DNA from: an uncultured archaeon
Lineage (GTDB): Archaea; Aenigmatarchaeota; Aenigmatarchaeia; Aenigmatarchaeales; JAHLMS01
NCBI GenBank assembly: GCA_964353775.1
Contig: CAYGWB010000006.1
Coordinates: 4,718 to 68,717, forward strand
DNA length: 64,000 nucleotides
Reading direction: 5' to 3'
Shown: positions 57,014 through 64,000 of the stretch, piece by piece
Numbering within the stretch: the stretch's first letter is position 1
How the letters are laid out: each line of letters opens with the position of its first letter
The notes under the pieces: model-generated
The model's database searches: none
Told to the model about the DNA's origin: nothing
What the model saw: the letters and a program-made list of their open reading frames with translations, nothing else
Translations under genes and position numbers: made by a program

Positions 57014-57289
57014 TTAACCATACATCAGCTTGTGCGCGGCTTCGTAGTCCAGCAAGGGTAACATCTTCTTCAGCTCATTGGCCGTAATCTTGCCCTTATA
57101 CTCCTCCAGATTTTCGTAATTCTCGTTTCCGTAATGCTCGTATCCGGGATTATCGATAAAGTGCATATTCCCGGTTTTCTTGTGGCGATAGAAAGTGACG
57201 TAAGCATCCGTGTCCCTGTGGTCGCCACTGACATGCTCTTTCTTTATCGTTCCGATGGTTTCCAGCTCGGAAATTTTCGGTTTTCCCAT
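57014..57289 (-). CDS. Hypothetical protein
   Basis: 91-aa ORF divergent from CBS gene, upstream TATA; no motif recognised. Confidence 0.55.
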   Translation of the reverse strand: MGKPKISELETIGTIKKEHVSGDHRDTDAYVTFYRHKKTGNMHFIDNPGYEHYGNENYENLEEYKGKITANELKKMLPLLDYEAAHKLMYG

Positions 57290-57351
57290 GATGAAAACCT
57301 AGAAGCGAAAGGATTAAAAGGTTTATATTTCAGCTCATCTAATTCTTGTAC

Positions 57352-57783
57352 ATGATTGTAGCCGAAGCGATGAACAAGGACGTTAAGACGATAAGGCCGG
57401 ACGCAACTGTAAAGGAGGCCGTACAGATAATGACCCAGAACCGCATCGGCTCGGTGGTGGTTATCAGCGGCGGCGGAGAGGTGATGGGGATAGTCACGGA
57501 GCATGACGTCCTGAAGGATGTCGTCGGTGAGGGCAAGGATTCCGCTTCCATCCGCGTCGACGAGGTCATGACGTCGAAGATCGTCGCGATCGACCCGAAC
57601 CAGACCATCGAGGAGGCGGCCGATGTTATGGTCAAGCACAAGATAAAGAAGCTGCCGGTCATCGATGATGGCAAACTGATCGGCATCATCACCGCCAGTG
57701 ACCTTATAAGATACGAGCGTACTCTGATAGAGCGTGTGGCCACTCTGATTTCAGCTTCTCCGATGAGACAGATAGGCGGATAA
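57352..57783 (+). CDS. CBS-pair domain protein
   Basis: IGSVVV, GIVTEHD, IKKLPV, GIITASD. Confidence 0.93.
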   Translation: MIVAEAMNKDVKTIRPDATVKEAVQIMTQNRIGSVVVISGGGEVMGIVTEHDVLKDVVGEGKDSASIRVDEVMTSKIVAIDPNQTIEEAADVMVKHKIKKLPVIDDGKLIGIITASDLIRYERTLIERVATLISASPMRQIGG

Positions 57784-57786
57784 GAA

Positions 57787-58176
57787 CTAGCCTTTTACCT
57801 GCACGAGCATCTTTCTGCCCATCAGGATCCAGTACTGCACTTCCGCACCGTTCACGACCCTCTCCTTGAGGTCCTCCGGGATTGGCATGTCTATCGTCTC
57901 GTAGCTTTCGAGGTCCATAACGCTGACGTTCGGCGGCGCGATTGCCACTATCTGACCAGTACGCTTCTCAACAATCGGGACCTCGATCTCGGTATCGGCC
58001 GGCTTCACTATGGAGCGCTTCTTGTTGTCGAAGACTCCGACCGCTTCCAGCCTCACCTTGGCGCCGCCATGCTTGCCGGGAACAGAAACGGTCATATCGA
58101 GAACTTTGCATGGCTCGCCGTCTATAACGCAGAACCTGCCCGCTTTTAGGTCCTTCATCGACATACGGTCGCTCAT
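57787..58176 (-). CDS. eif5a: Translation factor aIF5A
   Basis: IDGEPC, PGKHGGAK hypusine site, MDLESYET. Confidence 0.95.
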   Translation of the reverse strand: MSDRMSMKDLKAGRFCVIDGEPCKVLDMTVSVPGKHGGAKVRLEAVGVFDNKKRSIVKPADTEIEVPIVEKRTGQIVAIAPPNVSVMDLESYETIDMPIPEDLKERVVNGAEVQYWILMGRKMLVQVKG

Positions 58177-58217
58177 GAAACTTAGAGCGAGAAACTGCCA
58201 TATAAATTTAAGCCCGA

Positions 58218-60338
58218 CTATCTGCGATGCGCTTTTTTGACCGCGTGTCCGCGCGACGTTTTTCTGTGATGCGGACGCGCAGGCAGCTTCTTGGCTGGCT
58301 TTACGTGAACGACCTCTGTTTTCGGCACCGCTTTGACTTTAATCAACTGAACAGGTTCGACAGACGGCTTTACCCTTGGTTTCAGCCTGCCGAACAGCGT
58401 GTAGCCAACTGACGCAACAAGGAAGATGATGGCCAGTATTATGATCGCTATTATTGTCGATTCGGACAGGCCGACAGCCTGATACGAAGCCTGGTCGGCA
58501 AGTTGCTTTGCCTTTGAGAAATCGCCGCTATCGAACGCTTCTATGGCCCGATTGAACAGATCCTGCGCCACGACTATGCCCCTGCCGGCCGCCTGCGCTC
58601 TGGCGATGTTCGCACTCGCTGACTGTATCGCGAGCAGCGCGAGCTCCGGCATGACGCCGATTACTGGCGAGAAGCCGGCTATCATGTACGGGGTCGAAGC
58701 GCTGGGTATGATGCCGCAGATTATATTGGTATCACGTAACACCTGTTCGGGCGGCAACATCTGCCATTTGCCGTCTGTAAACTTCCATACGCTGATTGAC
58801 CTCTCTCTGACGTTACCGAGCTTCCCCTCATAGTTCATACAGTAGCTGATGTTATCGGCCTGTATGTTTATCTCGTGGCTCGCAAGCGGCACTTGGCCTG
58901 ACAACAAATCAGCCGGAACTATTTCCGTCAGATTTTTGATGTTCGCGACCTTGTTAGCCTTAGGATATATCAGCACTGCTACAGTATTTTTTTCAGGTTT
59001 GCCATTGACTATGCTTCCGCTCAGAACTATCGAGAGGCCGTTGCTTGGTACCGACATTATGGCGCTGGTCGCTGGTGCCTGTACGGGTTCGGGCCATATC
59101 TCGGGTGCTTTCGGCGGTGCGGCCGGCGCTACTGTTGGCGGCTGCTCTTCTGGCGGCTTTGGCGGTTTCGTCCCTCCGGCCGCCGGCTGCGTACAGGTTT
59201 TACAGTCTATTACACAGCCAACGCAGTCTTCACCGCTGTCACAGAAAGTGTCGCCGCAATAGGTCGGACCTGAACGGCAGAAGCCGTGCACGCAGTGGCC
59301 GCCATGGCAGTCATTGTTCTCAGAGCATGTCTCACCCTCGGGCTTCCCGCCGCGCGCGAAGTGCGTCGCATAGCTCGGACTGTAATCCGCATCTCCTGGG
59401 AAGTAGCCAGTAATGTTGTACCTGCCTACATGCTTGATTAACGTGAGATTTGTCAGAGGCGTGACGCCGGACTGCAATGTCCAGCCCGGTATGTCCGTAG
59501 CCAGATAGACTGTCTTGCCTGGAATATTCAGAATAACTGTTAGATTGGCGACCTTGCCGGTCGGCAAGGTCTTGTCGCCGTCAACGCCGTTCAAAAGGAC
59601 GATTATACTGGTAGGCTGCAGCTCATAGTAAGATATCCCGTTTATTTTCAGATCTGTCAGGCCCGTGTACCCTGCCTTGGATAGCGTGATGCTCTGACCT
59701 GGCGTTATTATTCCGGAGTCAAGGAGCTGGTTGTTGTCCCTTCTGAACAAAGCGACAATCGTCGGCTGCACTGCTGTTATGTTGCTCCCATGGTTGTTGA
59801 TCGCTCCGGTGAGCGATACAAACAGCGATGATGTTGTCTCGTTCTTTGTGAACATGAACCCGCCGCTCAGGAACGCTAGCGTCCTGTCCATCTGATAGAA
59901 GGTGTCTCCGCTGTCAATCATGTTGTCTGACGAGACAATGACAGCAGGCACACCGGGATAGTATGCCTTCGTGGAAGAGAAATCCAGATCGATTCTCGTG
60001 CAGTTGGAGGCGTTCACTGAGAGAACTGGCAACAGATTTCCGAGCGGCCCGCCGATATACGAATTCAGCTGTATATAGTGGCTGCCGGCAAAGTAGACGT
60101 AGCCGATGTACTTGTTCAAAAGGTCTGCTGAATCGTTTACGCACAAAGAAAGATAGGTGTTCGGATTCGCCCCAGCATCGGCATAGGAAGTGGACGGGTC
60201 GTCATACACCAGCTGCGTCAGAGAGCCCGACTGGTTGACAATGGCCGCATAGGTCGGCCCTATTGCAAAGACGTTCGTGCTGAGTAGCGGCAATGCCAGA
60301 AAAAGGCAGACTGCGACAACTATCGGAATTTCTTTCAT
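58218..60338 (-). CDS. Surface protein: unrecognised N-terminal domain, Cys-rich module, Pro-rich linker, TM
   Basis: Signal peptide, CSENNDCHGGHCVHGFC, CGDTFCDSGEDC, TM, basic tail. Confidence 0.8.
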   Translation of the reverse strand: MKEIPIVVAVCLFLALPLLSTNVFAIGPTYAAIVNQSGSLTQLVYDDPSTSYADAGANPNTYLSLCVNDSADLLNKYIGYVYFAGSHYIQLNSYIGGPLGNLLPVLSVNASNCTRIDLDFSSTKAYYPGVPAVIVSSDNMIDSGDTFYQMDRTLAFLSGGFMFTKNETTSSLFVSLTGAINNHGSNITAVQPTIVALFRRDNNQLLDSGIITPGQSITLSKAGYTGLTDLKINGISYYELQPTSIIVLLNGVDGDKTLPTGKVANLTVILNIPGKTVYLATDIPGWTLQSGVTPLTNLTLIKHVGRYNITGYFPGDADYSPSYATHFARGGKPEGETCSENNDCHGGHCVHGFCRSGPTYCGDTFCDSGEDCVGCVIDCKTCTQPAAGGTKPPKPPEEQPPTVAPAAPPKAPEIWPEPVQAPATSAIMSVPSNGLSIVLSGSIVNGKPEKNTVAVLIYPKANKVANIKNLTEIVPADLLSGQVPLASHEINIQADNISYCMNYEGKLGNVRERSISVWKFTDGKWQMLPPEQVLRDTNIICGIIPSASTPYMIAGFSPVIGVMPELALLAIQSASANIARAQAAGRGIVVAQDLFNRAIEAFDSGDFSKAKQLADQASYQAVGLSESTIIAIIILAIIFLVASVGYTLFGRLKPRVKPSVEPVQLIKVKAVPKTEVVHVKPAKKLPARPHHRKTSRGHAVKKAHRR

Positions 60339-60347
60339 TGACTCACT

Positions 60348-62099
60348 CTAGTACGTGAACCATTTCTTTATGTTGGAAAATACCTGGTAAATCACATCGT
60401 ATATGTAGTCGGTATTGTCCTGGTTTGTGGAAACTATGCGTGCTGTCGGGCCGCTGGAGGTAAGGCTGCTGACGGTGAAGTTCATCGTCCTCTGCAGCGT
60501 ACCTGTGATGTAGAGCTGCGCATACATGCTGTAGTCGCCCGTGTACAATCGAATGTCCGGATTGACGTCCATCATCTTGTTTCCTGTCGGTATGATGGTG
60601 AACGAGACCAGGCCGCTGCTGTTCGTCAGTACCTCAGCCGTTGAGTACGAAACGACGCTCTTGTTAAGGCTACCTTCCTGCCAAATCTGCGTCGGTGCGA
60701 GCAGGCTGATGCCGTTCTTTTCCGTTATCTTTATGTTGGCATTGTTCACCGCATTGCCGAGCGAATCGGTTACACTAACGGTTATGTTGTACGGCTTGCC
60801 GACATCGCTGATCAATGTGGTCTCGACTCCGTCGATGAAAATCCTCATGTAGTAGACCATCTGGACGTTGACGGTCGTCTGACCGGTGTTGTCGGATTCG
60901 TAGCATTCCTTTATCATGTCCGATTCGTCCACCTTCGCGTAGAGAGTGTGCGAGCCTGTCTTGAATGTAGTGTCCCAGACGTATGTCTTCTGCGTGTTCG
61001 AGCCCTTGTTTAGAGAAGTGACTGTCTGCGTGTCGAGAAGGTTTGCGCCGTCATAAAAGCTGACTTGGAACGGGACGTCCGCGTTGACGTTGCCGCTGTT
61101 TGAGATAGTGGCCGTCAACAGGACCGGGCTACCGTCGCTCGGATTTGAGTTGTTCGAAGATATGGATACGGCCAGGTTCGGGCCGATGCAGAACGATGTC
61201 CCGAAGCCGTTTATCACGTAGTATTTGGTGTTGACAGGGCTGGTCACAGGAGGGTTGACAACCCCTGTGCTCAACGTTATCGACTGGCTCGGGAAGAAGA
61301 GACCAGTGTCTGAGCAGCTGCTGCCGTTGACATAGTTGCAGATGCCGACTGCAAGGAAGGTCGCGTTCCTGTCCGTGTAGGTCGGCCAGATGGACTGCGA
61401 ACCCGTGGTGGTCGTTCCTGTTATGCCGTTGACACTGAAGGCGACGTTTCCGGTGGCCTGGTCATACGAGCCGCCGACTGAAGTGCTGAGGCTGTAGCTG
61501 CCCCTTAGCCAGCCTGCGGACTGCGGAAGGAAAACGAATTTGTCGTCAGCCGTGACCGCATCGTCACTGGAAAGAACAGCGTATATCTGGGCCGGATACC
61601 AGGAGGCTCCTGGATTACCGCTTCCGCCCACAACCTTCGTGGCCGAGAACGTCAGCGAAGCTGCTGGCGCGTCCGCATACCAGCAACTTGAGCCCGGCGC
61701 GAACGCTCTGCCTGCTTGCGACGGTGCAGGTTCACCACCCCCGCCGCAGCTTATCGCGTCCATGGTTATCTGCGTCAGCGGATTGTCCGTGTTGTCAGTC
61801 GTTATGATGACGTATGTCGTGTCGCCAGAACCGACATAGTAGAGAGCGCCAACGTATTTGTTCTTCAGGTCGGCGTTCGCACCTGCTAGGTTGGCCGCAT
61901 TTGACCAGAACCTCAGCGTAGCGTCCGGATTCACGCCAGAGTACGGATCGAGATAGGCCTTGACCGGTGCGGCAATATAATACATGGACGTGTTAGTTCC
62001 GGAAGAAACGATAGCCGCGCCCGTAACAGAAGCGTAGGATGGAACTGAAAGTAGGACCAACATGAACAATATTCCGACAACATATTTTGCTGCTTTCAT
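60348..62099 (-). CDS. Secreted protein with CARDB domain
   Basis: Signal peptide, PNLAV..ATISNSG..KVDESDMIKECYESDN. Confidence 0.82.
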   Translation of the reverse strand: MKAAKYVVGILFMLVLLSVPSYASVTGAAIVSSGTNTSMYYIAAPVKAYLDPYSGVNPDATLRFWSNAANLAGANADLKNKYVGALYYVGSGDTTYVIITTDNTDNPLTQITMDAISCGGGGEPAPSQAGRAFAPGSSCWYADAPAASLTFSATKVVGGSGNPGASWYPAQIYAVLSSDDAVTADDKFVFLPQSAGWLRGSYSLSTSVGGSYDQATGNVAFSVNGITGTTTTGSQSIWPTYTDRNATFLAVGICNYVNGSSCSDTGLFFPSQSITLSTGVVNPPVTSPVNTKYYVINGFGTSFCIGPNLAVSISSNNSNPSDGSPVLLTATISNSGNVNADVPFQVSFYDGANLLDTQTVTSLNKGSNTQKTYVWDTTFKTGSHTLYAKVDESDMIKECYESDNTGQTTVNVQMVYYMRIFIDGVETTLISDVGKPYNITVSVTDSLGNAVNNANIKITEKNGISLLAPTQIWQEGSLNKSVVSYSTAEVLTNSSGLVSFTIIPTGNKMMDVNPDIRLYTGDYSMYAQLYITGTLQRTMNFTVSSLTSSGPTARIVSTNQDNTDYIYDVIYQVFSNIKKWFTY

Positions 62100-62108
62100 T
62101 CAATCACC

Positions 62109-64000
62109 TCAATAGTTGAACCATCCTACTGCGTAGCTCCAGACCGATAGTATTGAGTTCAGGTATCCGCCTATGTTGCCGGAGTTCGGCAAGCTCGGAG
62201 GCGTACCGCTCGGTGTAATCCAGTTTTGATTAACAGTTACTATTTTATTATAAATAAGCGTTCCGTTCTGGGCATAGACGTACATATCCAACGAATACGG
62301 GCCTATCTGGCTCTCCTGTCCGGACGGTCCACCTGTCGGAATTACTGTCAGCTTGGCGATGCCGTTCGCACCGGTTGTCGCCTGTCCGCCGCCGATGTTC
62401 GAGACGTTTGTGTTGCCGTACTGCGGCAGCGAGAACAGCTGGTAGCCGTTCGTCTCGTTTATGATTACGGTCGCACCTTCGATGCTGTCGGTGTCGTTCC
62501 TGACGCTTATCGTGAATCCTGCAGGCTTAGCCTTTGTAAGCGTGAAGCTGTCGCCGACCGCTGTGCCGTTTTCGAACACGGTCATCGATATCGCGTCACC
62601 GCCTCCCCTGTTGTACCATTCGACCGCATAGCTCCAGACCGAGAGGATGGCGTTCAGGTTTCCGCCGATGTTGCCCGCGTTCGGTATGCTTATGTGATAG
62701 GACGGGTTGACGAAGGTGTCGTTGGTCAGGTCGAGCGTGACGTTAGCGGAGGTCGTGCCGTTTACAACAGATATTATCAGCTCGTATGGTCCTATTTCAG
62801 CTGAATGGCCGACCGAACCTGTCGGGATTACTGACAGTGTCGCCACACCGTCGGCGTCTGTTGTAAGGATTCCTGTTCCAGTGCCGGTCACGTTCGAGTC
62901 CGAGTACTGCGGCAGCGAGAACAGCAGAAGGCCGTTCCTCTCGAACACGTTGACCGTTGCACCCTGTATCGGATCGCCTGTCTCATTGTTCTTCACGATG
63001 ATGGTCAAGTTCTGCGGCTCGCCCTTGTTGGTCAGGTTGTTCGTCTGGACAGTGTTCACAAAGACGCTGACGTTCAACGGTATGACGCTTGGCGGCATGC
63101 ATGCTGAACATGTCAGTCCGATGTTGTAGTCATCGTCCTGCTTGTTATCACAGTAATTGTTACCGATGTTTCCTGAAGTGGCAGCATCAAGATAGGTATC
63201 ATTGGCTGTATTGTTACAAAAGTAATTGTTGTTCAAGTTGTTAATCTGGCTGTTTTGGAGATAGATGCCGTAACCGCCGCTATAGCCGTAGCTTTTGTTT
63301 GCGGTGTTGTCAGATATGTTGTTGCTGCTGCTGGATGTCAGATAGATGCCGTAACCGCTGTAGAAACTGCCTCCGTTGTGGGTGGCGTCGTTTCCTGTCA
63401 GTATATTATTGTTGCTGGAATCCAGGTAGATACCGTAGCCGTTCATATCGCCGTAGTTGTTGCTGACATTGTTTACTGTCAATATATTATTGTTGCTGGA
63501 TGTCAGATAGATGCCGTAGATGTTCCAGTAATGCCAGTTGTAGATGCTGACGGTGTTGTTGGTTAGTATGTTGTTGTAGCTGGCGCCGAGGTAGATGCCG
63601 TAGTTGTTGCCAGAACCAGCTAGGTCATTAGAAATGGTGTTGTTGGTTAGGGTATTGTTGTAGCTGGCGCCGAGGTAGATGCCACTGTCTGTGTTGTTGA
63701 TGGCGGTGTTGTTGGTTAGGGTATTGTTGTAGCTGGAATCCAGGTAGATACCGTAGTTGAAATACGTCACGTTGCAGTTCTTGACGGTTACATTGTTGTG
63801 GTTCTGTATGTTTATTCCGTTATAACTACCCAAACCGATAATCGAATGGCCGTCGCAGTCGAGCGTTATGTTGTCCGCACCGATCGTGATGCCGGTATTT
63901 GGGCAGTTCAGCAAATCATCCGTCAGTGTAGTGTTTTGGGCTATCGCCTGGCTGCACACACCCTGGTAGAACGGGCATGGCGTACACGTAAGCGGGTTCG
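62109..64000 (-). CDS. NosD/parallel beta-helix surface protein (5' end beyond window)
   Basis: ITLDCDGH, repeated GIYL.SS.NN.LT.N; frame stays open to the right edge. Confidence 0.85.
   Translation of the reverse strand, partial: NPLTCTPCPFYQGVCSQAIAQNTTLTDDLLNCPNTGITIGADNITLDCDGHSIIGLGSYNGINIQNHNNVTVKNCNVTYFNYGIYLDSSYNNTLTNNTAINNTDSGIYLGASYNNTLTNNTISNDLAGSGNNYGIYLGASYNNILTNNTVSIYNWHYWNIYGIYLTSSNNNILTVNNVSNNYGDMNGYGIYLDSSNNNILTGNDATHNGGSFYSGYGIYLTSSSSNNISDNTANKSYGYSGGYGIYLQNSQINNLNNNYFCNNTANDTYLDAATSGNIGNNYCDNKQDDDYNIGLTCSACMPPSVIPLNVSVFVNTVQTNNLTNKGEPQNLTIIVKNNETGDPIQGATVNVFERNGLLLFSLPQYSDSNVTGTGTGILTTDADGVATLSVIPTGSVGHSAEIGPYELIISVVNGTTSANVTLDLTNDTFVNPSYHISIPNAGNIGGNLNAILSVWSYAVEWYNRGGGDAISMTVFENGTAVGDSFTLTKAKPAGFTISVRNDTDSIEGATVIINETNGYQLFSLPQYGNTNVSNIGGGQATTGANGIAKLTVIPTGGPSGQESQIGPYSLDMYVYAQNGTLIYNKIVTVNQNWITPSGTPPSLPNSGNIGGYLNSILSVWSYAVGWFNY

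Noticed and set aside
63300-63760. Short nucleotide repeats suggesting a CRISPR array or DGR template
   Set aside because: They are in-frame beta-helix coding repeats (GIYL.SS.NN). No reverse transcriptase in the window and no evident adenine-specific variation.

Overview
Archaeal chromosomal window, probably from a DPANN-type lineage (inferred from gene content). Positions 2-23.7 kb (minus strand) hold the S10/spc ribosomal-protein superoperon and the str cluster (rps12-rps7-EF-2-EF-1a-rps10-tRNA-Ser). Three non-ribosomal ORFs are inserted in the superoperon, and its aIF1/SUI1 gene starts at CUG. Next come an intron-containing tRNA-Gln and thrS. A cysteine/Fe-S/thiol-redox island spans 27.5-43.7 kb: cysS, cysK, tRNA-Cys, SufS, IscS/IscU, DsbA-like proteins, Rieske, glutaredoxin, TrxR, 2-oxoacid:ferredoxin oxidoreductase and a split ThiI. 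A shared ~20-bp palindrome links several of its promoters, including an exact 46-bp duplicated promoter, to a PadR regulator with a 4-Cys tail, suggesting an IscR-like circuit that also covers a candidate K-turn sRNA. An AT-rich HNH gene sits between 12-bp direct repeats. The rest encodes large Asn/Thr-rich surface proteins (a 2001-aa M6 metalloprotease and three genes sharing unrecognised domains), tRNA-Arg, UDG, RNase Z, CCA-adding enzyme and aIF5A. All calls are by eye from motifs; no database searches were run.
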